Source: Piromyces finnis finn
Taxonomy: Eukaryota; Fungi; Neocallimastigomycota
Length of the DNA: 64,000 bases
NCBI GenBank assembly: GCA_002104945.1
Contig: MCFH01000034.1
Coordinates: forward strand, 527,531-591,530
Direction: 5' to 3'
A program made the position numbers and the translations under genes. The notes under the pieces are model-generated. The model had not been told where the DNA came from. It ran no database searches and worked only from the letters and a program-made list of their open reading frames with translations. Below, piece by piece: positions 13,901 through 29,713 of the stretch (its first letter is position 1; the number at the start of each line of letters is the position of its first letter).

Positions 13901-14694
13901 GGAGAGAGAGAAATAGAATCTTTATTTTCTACAGCATGACTATTCATTCCTGTTCCCATTTTATTAGTAAATGCTGAAGCAAAACTAAATGAACTTTGGC
14001 AAGATGAAAAACTAAATGAAAATTCATCTTCTTTTGGTGTAGAATATTCAACACGACTTTCATTTGTTTCGCTTCCTGAATCATATTGATGGCCTATATC
14101 ATTATTTATAGATATAGTTGTTACTGAACTTGTCATTGATGAGAGTGAAGAATGTTTATGGTAATGGCATGAATTTCTTTGAGTAGAATTGGTATTATTA
14201 AAAGGTATACTCTTTGATCTTTGAATTTTTATTTTTTCCATTGGGATATAAGTTTCTTCCTCTACGGTTTGATTATCGTTTTGAATATTTAAATCTGTAT
14301 CAGATAAAGATTGTTTTTTTTCTTTGTTTGAAGAGGGAGTACAATTTAATGTATCTAAATTATCACTATTACTATTATTATTATTTGATTTCTTCAAGGA
14401 ATGAAAAAAAGATTGAATAGAATGTATTAATTCAGTTGCTTGTTGAAACGACGAAGAATGCTTATTCTTTTTATTATCTTCTAAATTATTTAGACTTTGA
14501 TATTCTTTTTCATTAATATCACTTAAGTTAATAGATTTGTTTGATAAATTTATATTAATATTATCAGAATTATTATAATTATTTTGTTTAATACTATTAT
14601 TATCTTTTCTATTATTTTTTTTATTCATTTTATTATTAATTTCTTTAATATTATCGTTTTTATTTTCTTTTTTTTTATTGTTTTTATTCAACAT
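7942..14694 (-). CDS. 2250-aa intronless Cid1-superfamily RNA terminal nucleotidyltransferase (Cid13/CutA-like) with long low-complexity arms
   Basis: Core at ~12300-11270: LFGSSANELGTYNSDVDICL (GS...DxD), CDINVNN (third Asp), GTLSSYCWVNMVINFLQ, and PAP-associated/NRM motif CVEEPFNTTRNLAN. Confidence 0.9.
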   Translation of the reverse strand: MLNKNNKKKENKNDNIKEINNKMNKKNNRKDNNSIKQNNYNNSDNININLSNKSINLSDINEKEYQSLNNLEDNKKNKHSSSFQQATELIHSIQSFFHSLKKSNNNNSNSDNLDTLNCTPSSNKEKKQSLSDTDLNIQNDNQTVEEETYIPMEKIKIQRSKSIPFNNTNSTQRNSCHYHKHSSLSSMTSSVTTISINNDIGHQYDSGSETNESRVEYSTPKEDEFSFSFSSCQSSFSFASAFTNKMGTGMNSHAVENKDSISLSPTSISSGKSDNLSLTPHIKGPLENIIGEHDVSSVTETITSSYPVNNKTSKDDLGKMSMKEEISIKESVRINNKKDSFENKSKEEETVESDKHLKITSSSMSLDQSLPSTSLESPSLDIPTSQDAYSSSPLSTKSSSHNDDENKKFIKNEQNPLSPISPSQPIPPTKIKTKSSESFKIEKQDSQLIFEKSSPKVSKGKSMLLFSSSNNIINNNISEQKNNNNELKKEPSSNSLNNGLNIENVTDSEKTSLTYKDVVVHNLVNKEISLVISKGATSLNVNNSEKENKNKTHKIEVQDPKDKINRKVSRNGSKDNYLNPLYNNVLNEDTLVESENSSFMSNIVCVSESESTSIPTTNAFPGDITNNLENKSSNLIIEDLDNAEEEFIQISSNDLDNNGKLYTINENEKIEPIITIEDTDELENLTKNTESKINSDHILKKPSKEILTVNESLLKERNPNGNQNNIDNEMQFSKETTSSIAIKNSQKRDEDNYSYYSNAFSPEISISSVHSEEKYSKNYYEKSQYYKKNGKKSADFEKSIKEYAASLEKEMLDFYTKNLPNEESKTKKLSLLKRIQKIFSDRYPNLGVKAHLFGSSANELGTYNSDVDICLTTNDRVDCELSDMEVIKKILEENNITKIRTTPNAKVPICNFVDPETNLSCDINVNNTIALYNTKMIQTYALIDERVKPLIMTIKYFARQRMLNDAKTGTLSSYCWVNMVINFLQMRKPPILPCLHAMTKDIPQEERIIVDGIDCTIYTDLDKLKGFGKDNKETLYELIFGFFKTFACDFDYITDVVSVRSGCYKKKSDNGWNVSSNNTRIRNNYFCVEEPFNTTRNLANCANRYSVKGLRWEFKRAFKILKSRGPLEELCEPYKPNPSNYAYTSNYYYQNQSRSPENNSYTSNGTIHNDHLFISNPANPFSNLKNGKGTTSFPGSMNVADKNGNWRIRNNNNNSSSPSNNNSLENSPFQNKKLAWNTKKKPTDPNDTTSSSTSPPSESYYYARRFPNDNSFLNNHYSNSNSSYINNKRNNNFNRNNYIDKDIHNNRKHDKSNYVSNKETDEMDNEKIVIKNRFIEHHRNIDNSTSLSSSPQYYYNNSSNLSINRNKNAVSDGRNDTKAYNENKLNNNYNRSNNMTTNSITSTYASKTSATDINNISSSNENIVGDNSQSNIDQVERKKNKGKNEIKDDTQIEELENDKNETESNEIKDMDDDTNNEATTSSKGTEDQTNSSKPVIINNFNNYYSYVNQECAQFYKQFVYVQAQDQKMTLTEEGISKQQQQQQQQQQQNIINSARYPPYPIFINLNNSNVNSVTTQGNSSSSSSSSSSNKIKPNGENSQSVMTGYTTSFPVLSGNAYGHYYTKLNNVNLINYFIPAQTAAHPPGSPYQSRAQPLGYAVETIPIIPATNQAIYASNNNITIPEGSLYHTYQPLVPVVVDNSLNPILASRENIPKEISHDGVLEDKKDLTKESKSDRSSKTTFSGNKKYYGKLENKKSQWPNSQFLVNKANKKSSGENGHTIGKQKSKENEEGSNTAKDNYKPQKKKPNYLHGDNSEENGNKMENFAIKNTGKNDGPTEFSLASHHTDEEQAIIYLDGNKSEEERTLYNEEISCEPGEIYSKGEEPGSEEDCKGQNSNINIRNNLSGSKGSEFLLNIKNKNSSIEINLENNIIVNDVLIDYKNNKENKINTGKGKKSFDSSIHDNKKNEKGKLAIKGVGSISSNTNLVSPPKEKKNKKNNANNKSKDNKMNNQNKSEVKEKSKHGCNIGNQKNKNNYNKNNKKEENNKGGKRKNSIVGHKNRINSFTIKETKAHNNNKLKENKDKSLEKNKGDETTVITTVTTTIITNNSNNTNKNIQNGNITNAIKKEENGQKSMTNKKNSKNKVKKQQKFNNKKSETENNKNVNNSNTLNTTTTTTTIANPNPNNVTVNNNNSNNNNNNNNNNNNNNKKKFKNGTSSNTNNSNKNKPGKAKIDDNSKAKGNNKKLKKKVK

Positions 14695-17600
14695 TTTTAA
14701 TTTTTTTATTATATTTTTTTCTTTTTATATATTTATTATTCTTTTGTCAATTGTACTGTATTTTTAATAAATTGATTTATATATTCATTAAACTTTTGTT
14801 GAATTATGATAATGAAAAAATTGATTATTTGAGTTATATTTTTTAAAATAAAAAGTATTATCACTATTTAACATTTTTATTTTTTTTAATTTTAAAGGTT
14901 TAAGAAGTAAAATAAAGTAAATTGTATATACCTTTAAAAATTTAATAAAAATATAAAAAAATATATTTATTTACAAAGTTTAATGAAAACTTTTTATTGA
15001 ATATAGTGTTTTTTTTTTAAAAAAAAATAAATATTAATTTTTTTTGTTATTAAAAATAATTATTAAATTATCTTTAAAATTTTTGGTAGATTTTTTCTTA
15101 ATAGATTTTATTATTTTGAAAATATATTTAATTGATTAAAATAATAAAATAATATTTATATTGTTTTAATATTCTAAAATTACAGTTTAGTTTTTATTCT
15201 TATCATAAAATATTGTTTGATATTTTTAATAATATATTAAATCATTAAATATTACCATGATATGTATATTTATTATACTATATTTCTATTTACATATATA
15301 AATTGGTATATACTTTAAAACCTTTTTATAGATTTTGATATTTATTTGAATATGAAAAGAAATAATGAAAAATGACTAAATAAAATACTAATTGATATTA
15401 AATTTTGAAATATTTATTTTTTAAGAGTAAATATAATAATAGATATTTAAATATATACAATATATTTTAAATCTAGATATACTAAATTATATATTTAATA
15501 ATAAATAATTATTATTTTCAATTATATTACTCGATATTTATTATTCGTTATTATTTTTGTTTATTTTGTTTTTGTTTTTATTTTTGTTTTTTTTTTAGCT
15601 TGTTTTTTGATATATTTTTGATTATAATATACAATAAATTTGGTTACATTAACAAAAATAATTTCAAAAATTATTATATTCGTTGTGAAATATATATCGA
15701 TAAGATATTTATTATTTTATTGCCTTCTAAACATATTACCTAATTTGTTTATATATTATATATAATATATTTTTATTTATAAATTTTAATTTTATTACTT
15801 ATGATTTCGTTATTTTATTTGATATATAAATAGATTATAAAGTGTTTGTAATTAATTAAAATTTTATTATCATTAAATAAATTATAAGATTTTAGTATAA
15901 AATTATTGCTTTTTCTTAAATAACACACTTTGATAATAGTTTTTTTATTACTTCAAAAATAAAAAATGATTACTCTAACATTTTAGATAAAGAATAAATT
16001 AATTATATCAAAGCTTACTTTATATTTTTTTAATTATGTTTTTGCCTTTTTTTTTTATTATTTTATATTGAATAACGCATATAAGTTTTACGACTAATTA
16101 ATATTACCGACCTTTTTCATTTATACTATTGTTTTTTTTTTTCGATTTTTACTTAGTGTTACTATTTTTTCTTTTTTTTACTTCGATTTGTTGAATTATC
16201 ACAATATTTTCTTTAATATTTCTTTATTATTTATTTCTTGAAAATCTATTTATCTTTCTTTTAAATTCTCTATTACTATTACGAATTTGAATTTAATTTT
16301 TTGAAAAAAGAAAAAATAAATTTATTTTAAATGAAAAGAAAATAACTATTTTTTATATTGGTATCATCAAAAATAAGAATTGTTTAATTTTTAACAAATC
16401 TTTTAAAAAAAAAAAAAAGATTAAAGGTTAAATAATAAATGAATAAATAAAAATAATAAAAAAAAAGATGAAATTGAGTTTTTTAAATGATAAAAAAAAC
16501 TGATGAATCTTTAAATGGTAATAATAAAAAAATAAAAAAGCATCAACTTTTTTAAAGTAAAAAAAAAAAAAAAAAAAAAAGGGAAATTCTATGAAAATAT
16601 TATTTTATTTAAATCAATTGTAATAATAATAAAAGAAAAATATTAAATTTAAACTATTTCATCATCATTTTTTATTATTATGGAATTATGCTTTTTAATT
16701 TATTTAATTATTCATTTATATTTATTAAATAAATTATTTAAATTGGTATTTTTTATTCACTTACATTTTTAATTATTTCATTAATTAATTATAATAGAAA
16801 CATTTCTTTTTTCCATTTAATTACCATCAATTTATTCAATTCAATATATTTAAATACAATTTATATTTATTATAATATATGTTATATATATTATCAATAT
16901 ACTAGTATTATATGTGCTTTTTTGTAATACCATAGTAAATAATAAAGTTAAGATTACTCCAGGTACCAATGGGGCCTCAATAAATTAAATTATATTAAGA
17001 TGACTAGAAATGTATTAATTACATATATAATTAATATATTATAATATATTAATTATATAAAATAATTTATTTTAAAAAAATTACTGTATCAATTGCACAA
17101 AACTATAATCTATAAAATATATAGAATATGTATATTAAATATATTATAGAATATATTGTTAATAAATTATGTTTATATATTAATAAATTAAATCATTTAA
17201 ACCTATTAAATTATATTTTTCTATTTGAATTATAGGCATGAATTATAAATATTTATATGTTAATAAAAAGGACTTATTATTAATACTTTCTAAATACAAA
17301 ATTATTCGTTTTTAATCGCATTTAATTTAACTAATGTCTAGTTACATTTTTGTATTTAATAGCTTATTATAATTCCTATCTTAATAATATATACATTTTT
17401 TATCAAAAATGTATATTATATATATTATCTTGAAAGTATTTTTTTTTAATATGTAATTTACCAATTTTGACTATAATAACAAGAATTTAATTGTTTATAA
17501 TATTTATTATATATTGGTTTATACAGTAATATATAGTGCATTTATATGTGATCATTTACATTTTAGAATACGTCATTATTATTACTAATATAGATTAATA

Positions 17601-18154
17601 TTTATAATTAAATAGTCACATTAATTCCAATATAATAAATAATATCAAAACAGAACCTACTTATATATTAATTTATAGTGGTAATATATTAAAATTAATA
17701 TTTTCATAAATAGTAAAACTTTATATTGTAATAAATTGGTAATGAAATAGAAACTTTATTTACTAATAAAATTATTGACATTTTTCAAGTAAGGAAAAAA
17801 AAAAAAAGCGGAGCAAGCAAATGAGCAAGAGATGAATAAAAATGTGTAGGTGAATACTAGCCAGCTGAAATTAATAATATTACCATTAATATTTTACTGG
17901 GCCATTTTATAATAATCATGACTAGGTTCGTGCATTCACAAAGTATAATTATTATTCTTTCCAGGGACAATAAATGACTTGGTAATTAAAAGAAAAAAAA
18001 GTGACAATTTGATTTGATTCATTATATAAAATAAGATTTTCTAGAAATACGAATGTTTGTGTTATTTTTAATTAATAAATATCTTTTTATATATTCATTA
18101 CAAAAATATTTTTAACATTTATTATTATTATTATTCTTATTATTATGAAGTAGT

Positions 18155-18406
18155 AGTATTAGTATTAGTATTAGTATTAGTATTAGTATTAGTATTAGTA
18201 TTAGTATTAGTATTAGTATTAGTATTAGTATTAGTATTAGTATTAGTATTAGTATTAGTATTAGTATTAGTATTAGTATTAGTATTAGTATTAGTATTAG
18301 TATTAGTATTAGTATTAGTATTAGTATTAGTATTAGTATTAGTATTAGTATTAGTATTAGTATTAGTATTAGTATTAGTATTAGTATTAGTATTAGTATT
18401 AGTATT
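18155..18406. repeat. Perfect hexanucleotide microsatellite (AGTATT)42
   Basis: Uninterrupted 6-bp period over 252 bp. Confidence 0.97.
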
Positions 18407-19284
18407 AGTAGTAGAAGTAGTATCTGCATGTTTTATTATATAATATTATTCATTATACATTATATATTAATCAAAGCCATATTTTCAAGTATAATAATAA
18501 TATTAATATTAAATTAATTATTAATATCTATTTAAATTATTTTTAATTTAATATAATTTATGTATAAAAAAAATGAACAAAAATTCTAAATTTTAACATT
18601 CTATTCAATTACTCAACATTATATAGTTTATTTTAAAGAAGTGAAATCTCCAGATAAAAAACATTACAATGAAGAATCTCTGGCATATATAAGAGAAAAA
18701 GACTTTTAAAATATTTAAAAAAAAAAGATTGTGGAATGGATGAAGGGAATAATTATAAAGTTTCCTATTTAATCAATATTAAAAATTAATCATTTTCGTG
18801 TAACATAAAAATAACTTTAATAAATTTTAATTTGATTTATTTTTTTAATTTATTTTTTTTTTTTTAAAAAAAGATGGATGAAAAGGCGTGAATATAGAGA
18901 ATGATTATTATAATATTATAATAAAAAACAATTTATAATGATATTAGCTATATAATGGTAATAATAGTAATAATAATATAAGATTAAAATATTTTATTTA
19001 TTTAGAATTAAAAAATAAATAAAAGTTATTATTGCATTAACTTTAATAATTCTACCTGGTATAGTGTCTTAATTGTAAAATTTTTTAAACTCTCTATAGT
19101 GTATTGAATAAAAAAATTAATTTAAATATATTTTTATAGATACGAAAAAAAAATATTAAATAATAATAGCTGGTATTCAATATAGATGATAGAGTTAGGT
19201 TTAATCAATTTATAAAATCATTAATTAAAATATTATAGTTATCAAGATATACCTTTATAAATTTTGTCGTTTTTATTGTTGTTA

Positions 19285-19553
19285 TTTGGATTTTAATTGC
19301 CTATTTAATTATAACTAGGAAATTAAATATAAAAGTATTACAATAATTGATAATTTAAACTATAGTTATAATTAATGAAATAAATAATCTAATTATAAAA
19401 TAATAATATCGTTTATATTCTTTTATGATAATATAAAGCATCAATTTATTACTATCCTTTTATTATTTTAAAAATAAAACTATATATATTAATTCTAGTT
19501 TGGATTTTAATTGCCTATTTCAAGTATAACTAGAAAATTTAATATAAAAGTAT
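19285..19553 (+). repeat. Imperfect ~55-bp direct repeat pair (19285-19337 and 19499-19553)
   Basis: Both start tttggattttaattgcctattt and continue tataactag(g/a)aa...aatataaaagtat. Confidence 0.75.
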
Positions 19554-22500
19554 GATTAATCATTAATCTATTAATTTTCATTTAAAAAAAAAAACTTTAG
19601 AAAGAGATATATTTAATATAAAGGTCATAAGGATTTATTTAATAATTTGGATTTCTTTCTTTATCAAAGAACTTTCAATTTATTTAAAGATTATGATATA
19701 TAAAAATTCCTGAATATTAGCATACATGAAAGGGGATGGTATTAATAATATTGTTATTAATAATAATGAAGGTCATCATAAATTAATAGTCCAAGTCAAT
19801 GTATACAGTTTTTAACTGGGTAATTTATTTAATATAATATAATATAATATTAACTTGATGGTAAGTTTTCAATAAATAAAAAACTAATAGTAAATAAATT
19901 CTCAAGAGATAAAATATGACTGATATATAATCTCTTAGATTTAAGTATTCATCATTTATAATAGTCATATTACTAGTCATATTACATAGTATAAATATCC
20001 TAAATAATAATAAATAAATGAAAAAAACTTGTTATTTAGTGTATATTACACAAAAATATAAATTATTCTTTTTTTCTTTTTCATTAATTCAATTAAACCT
20101 TAAAGAGATATAAATATATAAATTCTGTTTTTTAAAACCTTTTTCATTTTTTTTAATAAAATATTTATTATTTATTATTAGGTAATAATAAAATATTTTC
20201 TATGGTCTTTTGTAATTAAAAATTATAAGGATTATAGTTATGATATTCTTAATAAAATCAGGAATTTAGAAAAAGATATGTTATTTTTAAAAATAAAATG
20301 ACTAAAAAATAAATTGATCAAATGTATAATAAATTGACACTTTATATTATCATAAAAGATTATATTTATATATTTATTATATATAAATGATATTATTCTT
20401 TTATAATTAGATTATTTATTTTATTCCTTATTACAAAAATTTTCCAATGTACAGCGGTTTACATGGAAATATTTGGATGAATATAGCTAGTTATAATCAT
20501 TTATATATCATCTATTTTAGCATAATATGTTTTTCTGAACACTTTTGTTATTTATAAAATAATTTTAAAATACTCTCCAAAACTTGATTGTAAAAATTTT
20601 TTTATCCATCACCCTTTTTTATATAGCAATATAATATGAGGTTTTGGAAATTTATCTAAATTAACACAGCACGAATATAATATATTATCGTATAATATGA
20701 ATAGACAACTCTTGTATACTTTTTTTTTTTCTTTTAAATAAGCTCTTTTCTTACTGTTTATTTTCTTGGAAATAACTTTTTTTTTATTATCACCATTAAC
20801 TATAGTCAATTATAATAACTATGTGCTTATTTCATGTTTAGGCATATCATATCTTTTTGTTTTAATAAAACATTTTTAAAAAATATATATAAATATATTG
20901 ATATATTGATATAAAAAACAAAAAAAGTATAAAGTTTTTGTTCATAAATAATAGAATAATTAATCGTATATATGATAATCTAAATAAAAGGAATCTAAAA
21001 GGTTAATTTATATTCAATTTTAAATAAAAAAAATTGAAATACTTTTTTCCATCTTCAACCCTCATTCAATAACAATTAACTATTATATTGCTATCTATTA
21101 TGTTAATGAAAAAAACAATGAATCAAATGGATAATGCTCTTCTAATACTATATTATAATGACTATGACTATTAACTTACTAGTTAAATATTCCTCTTGAA
21201 CTATTCCTTATATAAAAAAAAAAAGAAATAATACTATTCTCATTATATAAATTTTCAAATTGAAGGTACATTCATTACAATATATTACCAAGAGAACATA
21301 AAACACAGAATAGAACATATATGCTATCAATAATTCATTAAAAATAATTAAATATTATAGTATTTATAAAATAACTCTAAATAAAATTAAAAAGTTTTGT
21401 TGATTGTATTCATAAATCAAAAAGTTTAAAACAAAAGAAAATACAGATACAATCCACTGAAAATATAAATATATATATATATTTAGTTTTATATTTCATT
21501 ATTACTACACTATTAAAATAATTGATATTAGCAATTAGCTTCTATATAAAAGAAAAAAATTATAGAAATAAATTTAAACAAAATGATATTTTATAATGGA
21601 TATAAATATACATAATAATTTAAAAAATTATTATTATTAATAAAATATTTATTAATAAAAAACTGGTATTACATTTATAAATCATATATAATTTTTTTAT
21701 TTTACATAAAAGTCTCATAGGTTATTATTAACACCATTGTTTTTTTATATCAAAGTATAAAAAAGAAATAAAAATATATTATATATTTTCTAATAACTAT
21801 ACTATTGAACTGTAATATTTAAAAAAGTTAATAATATCCAATAATAAACTTTTTTTCATATTCTTTTCATTTTACAATTATTAGAATGGGGAAAAAAAAG
21901 GATAAAATACCTGAAACCATCATTTATAAATATATTATATACATAATATATATCTTATTAAATTAGCTAATTATTCCTATACCAAGATAATTTCCTTTTT
22001 CCTTTTTTATTTCTTTTTTTTTTTTTTTTTAGCTTTAATTTTAATTAATAAAAAATACCTATATATAATATATATATTTTTTTCCAATTTTATAATTTTA
22101 TGAAAATTTAGAAATTAATAAATGCCAATAACATAATAAAAAAAAGAATAAAAATAAAATTACCATTTTTAATTTACATCTCTAATTAATGTAAATAGCA
22201 TTAATAGAGGTTTATTATTCTATTCTATAATATATTTAAATAGTTAAACAAATATAAATAGTATTATTATAGATTTCATATAAACTCAATGATTGTTATG
22301 ATAGAAAGATGCATGTTAAACAAATTTTAATTTTACTTGTTATATAACGGATAAATATTTTAAAAAAATATAAAAATTACATTTTCTAAATATAAAATCA
22401 CCTATAATCATAATTCTTTTTAGTACATTTTTATCACTACCAATAGAAAAATCAATTATATATACATATAGGATATAGTCCTGAATATATATAAAAAAAA

Positions 22501-22984
22501 ATACTAAAAACTATAAAATAAATAATTGAATTTAAATGATTATCATCTGGATACTGTTAATCCTTAATATTTATACCTAACTAGCAATAATAAAATGATA
22601 GAGAATTTATAAAAAACTAAAATAAAATTACCAATACTTTAATACTTTTATAAAGTTCAATTTTTATTTTTTAAAAAAAAAAAAAACTTCAAATCTATTA
22701 ATTTATATAATTAGTTTTTTATTGGTAAAAAAAAATTAAAGTTTTAAAAATAAAAAAGTAAACAAAATCATCAATAAAAAAAAATTGTAAAAAAGTCAGT
22801 TTTGAGCTTATTTTATATAGCATAAATAAGACTCGAATAATTTTACTAATAAAAAAACTTTATATTTTAATTATAAATATTAAATAATAAATTTTATTTT
22901 TTTTTTTTTATTTTTTTTTTTTTTTTTTTTTTAAAAAAAAATAAAAGTAAAATCGCATTAACAATAATAATTAAATAATAATAA

Positions 22985-25759
<2,775 letters not shown>

Positions 25760-26478
25760 TTATGAAGAGAATAATAATAATGACAATAATAATAATATAT
25801 TGTAAATATTAAACCTTCCTGAGTGTATATTTATTTATCAATTATAATAAATCTTAAAAAAAGAAACATTCATTATCATGACTTTTTTTTTGATTCTCTT
25901 CAATACAAAATAATAATTTTTTTTAAAAAAAAAAAAATAAATTCTATTCCATATATAGTTTTATATTTATTAAAATGCAATTTATTATTATTACTATTAT
26001 TAATATTGGTATTAGTAGTAAGTAGGTATTATATTTGTGTATAATATAATAATTTTCATTATTGATAAATTGCAAATAAATAATATTAAAATTAATAAAA
26101 CCAAATAAATTTAAAGTATTTTTGATTTTTTTTCTTTTCTTTTGTAATACATAAAAATAAATATAATTAAAAAAAAAATAAAAAAAAAACCTTTATATCA
26201 TTTTAAACAAAGGGTATTACTAAATATATATATATATATATTTATTGATATATATGAATGTTTAGTAGAATTGATTAAATGCTTTATTGATAAATCTTTT
26301 TTATATAATAGTTTATTTGTTATTTTTCAAAAGATTTCATGAATTTATTCTTATTTTTTTTTTTTTACTATTATTATTATTATTATTTTCAATTTTTAAA
26401 TTGTTGTTTACTTTTTTTTTTAATATATAATATGATTATATTGTTTTTATTTTTTTTATTTACTTTTTCTTTCTTTTT

Positions 26479-28453
26479 TTAATTTACAATTTTTGATATA
26501 AAAATAATACCACTAATTAAGGCTATGGAACCTAATAAAAATAATGGTGATACCATAGCTGATTTTTTAAAGTCAACCTTTATCATTTTATATTCATTCC
26601 TTGGAATTAAATGATCATCATTATTATGATTAATTTTTTCTATTTTTTCATCACTTTTATCTCTGATAGTATTTTGTTTAATATCTGGAATATCATTTTC
26701 ACTTCCTCTACTTAGTTTATATCCTTTTAAGGTTAATTCAATATTATTTACAGCACCAAAGAAATCTGTAATTAATACCTAAAAATAGTAATTTTTTTTA
26801 TATATTATTAATTTTTTATTCTTATTTTTTGTGCTTTTATTTTACTCTTATTAATTTTGTTATGGTTTAGTTTATTTTATATACCTTATTTAAATTTCTC
26901 TCGAATAAATCATGTCTTACACCAGGGGTAGAGTGAATTAATGACACATCATAAGTATTAAACTATAGTTTATTAATATATATATATATATTAATATTAC
27001 CATCAATAAAATAGGAATGAAATATGAGTATAAATTATTGTAAGAAATATTTTTAATAATTTTTTTATTTACCAAATATTGTAAAGTTTTTTGACTTTGT
27101 AGAGTAACATATTCTAATGTTTCTAAATTATAATAGGTATATCTATCAATAACAGCAACACCCAATTCAGGATCTAAATGGTGCTATTACATAATAAAAA
27201 TTTTAATAAAATAAAAAGTAAATATATACATTTTTAAATACTTATTATTATTTAAAAAGAATTATTATATAAATATGAATATAATTTAAAAATTTACAGA
27301 ATAGGAATTTTGACCAGTCTGACTACTACCAGTAGCAAGAATATTTGGAGAATAAACTCTTGAAAACATACTACTAGCTTGGCATGTATCAATCATGAAT
27401 AATAATTCATTGTATCTTTTAATTCAGAGTAATTGTTATTATAATATTATAATATTGATAATAAATAATAAAAAATGAGATTTTTTTAAATATAACTATT
27501 TAATTATTTTAAATATACATAATTAAATATGCAAAATATGATATATACCTTCTTTTTTCCCACATTTGTTCAAAAGCATCGGCTATATCATAACTACTAA
27601 TTTCTTCTGTATCTTGGAATTTTAAAAATTCTTCACCACCATGACCAGTCATATATACTAAAACATTACTACGATCGTCTGAAAGAAGTCTCTTTGAACG
27701 TGGAGTGTCTGGTAAATGACGACCTAATTTTATTATATAATGATGATAATGATGATAATATTAATTTTATTAATATAATTTTAATAATAACAATGGTACT
27801 GCTGATAGACATAAATAAATATTTATTATTATAAAAGAAAAAATAATATATATTTACCAGTTAAAAGACGAATAAAGTTTTCAACAGTAACTTCATAACC
27901 ACGATAATCAACTTCAATATTATCACCATATAAATCTAATTTTCTTTCTGCATTATTATATACAGTAGCTTGGAATCTATTTCTTGGATTACAAGCAACA
28001 TCATCAGCAAGCATTAAAATAATATTGGAATCTGGAATACCTAATCTCTTAACAGTTCTATAAATTGATAAGACATTAGCAATATGTCTATAATTGAACC
28101 AATATCTTGATGTATCAACCTTTTAATAAGTCCAAAGTTTAATAATAAATGCATATATGTTTTTATTATAATAATAGCATAATTAATAATAATATTATAT
28201 ATATAATAAATAAATATATATATATAGCTTTGAGTAATAATATAATTTCTATGGAAAATAGGTATAATAATGTCAAATATATATTTACCAATACTGCCCA
28301 ATTATTGGTATGTCTACTTTTACTGAAAAAACCATCAATTATTTCTTCTCTTTCATTTGGAAAATGAAATTCCGATGAATATTCTGAACGACAAACATTT
28401 ATGAAAAAGAATATTATACTAATAATGTAAATATGGGTTTGAAATATTCTCAT
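26479..28453 (-). CDS. GPI8: GPI-anchor transamidase catalytic subunit (PIG-K/Gpi8, peptidase C13), multi-exon
   Basis: [79 protein letters not shown] (catalytic His), IDTCQA (catalytic Cys). Hydrophobic N-terminal signal and C-terminal TM segment. Confidence 0.95.
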
Positions 28454-28464
28454 TTTGAATTGTA

Positions 28465-28498
<34 letters not shown>

Positions 28499-29406
28499 TC
28501 GGTATTATTGTATATATAATTAATGATTTATTAATGGATTTAAAATTTAATTTCAAAAAATATACGGATATATGGATTTTGTTGTTTAATATATGATGCT
28601 TTGCTTTAATATTATTTAAAATATTACTATTAAATAAAATAATCCCAAATAATATTGATTTTCTAATTATTTTTAATTTCTAAATTTTATAAATACTCTT
28701 TCAATTAATTTAATTGTATATTTTTGATTTGAAAATTGTGACTATACATATATTGTTTTTTTTTTTTTTTTTTTTTATTTATTTATTTTATTTATTTTTG
28801 TAATAACAATAAAATTAAATTATAATCCCTATTGTTTTATTAGAAAAAAACTGTATTAAAAAATATAAAGATGAATGTAATCTTCTCTTTCTATGATATT
28901 TGTATTTATTATACAGTTTTAGTTTTTCAATTGCTTCTTTATATATAAAATATATAATTCTTGATATAAATATAATTCGTTAATTATTTATGAAAAATAT
29001 TAAAAATTAGTCATCCATTTCTATATTTTCTTTTCTTTGATATACAATATATAATTTTTAATGGATATAATATTATAATAATAAATATTACTTTAAATGG
29101 AAAATACAAATATATATGATGCTTATTAAGGAATTATGAAATTCCTTATTTTATTAGTTTATTTTTAATGCTATGTATTTATTTTATTTTTCTAAACCTT
29201 TGACGTTTTTATTTTTATTTTTGTTTTTTTTTAAAAAAAAAAAAAAAGATATTTATTTTACTTAATTTATAAATTTATTTACATATATATTTATATATAC
29301 ATTTATTTATTTATTTTATTTCATTATTAACAAATGTACTTTAAATTTTAATTTATTATTAATAAACATATATTAATTTGTGTATAAAATATATTTGTAA
29401 ATATTT

Positions 29407-29437
<31 letters not shown>

Positions 29438-29713
29438 TACCCAATACCCTCCCTTTATAATCAAAATCTTTCAACTAAAAAAAATAGATTTTTTTTAAAA
29501 TTCATTATAATTATGAAAAAGCAATAACTTTAGTAATACACGGTTATAATAATAATATATAAATATTTAAATATTTAAATTAATATTATATACAAAAACT
29601 TTTTTTTTCTAAATTATAACAGATGATATCAGATAAAAAGTAATATGATTATTCAACAAGATAATTGAGATTTCATTAATTCTTCAATAGTATTAATTAT
29701 AATGCATAGTACA

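Noticed and set aside
7958-14420. Several + strand hydrophobic ORFs
   Set aside because: Antisense shadows of the low-complexity nucleotidyltransferase gene.
18112-18429. 105-aa ORF of ILILIL repeats
   Set aside because: Translation of the AGTATT microsatellite.
20440-20810. Minus-strand FTIKFWRVF and TSYIHP resemble Ty3/Gypsy integrase motifs
   Set aside because: The spacing is too long, the frames are broken by stops, and no other integrase motif is visible.
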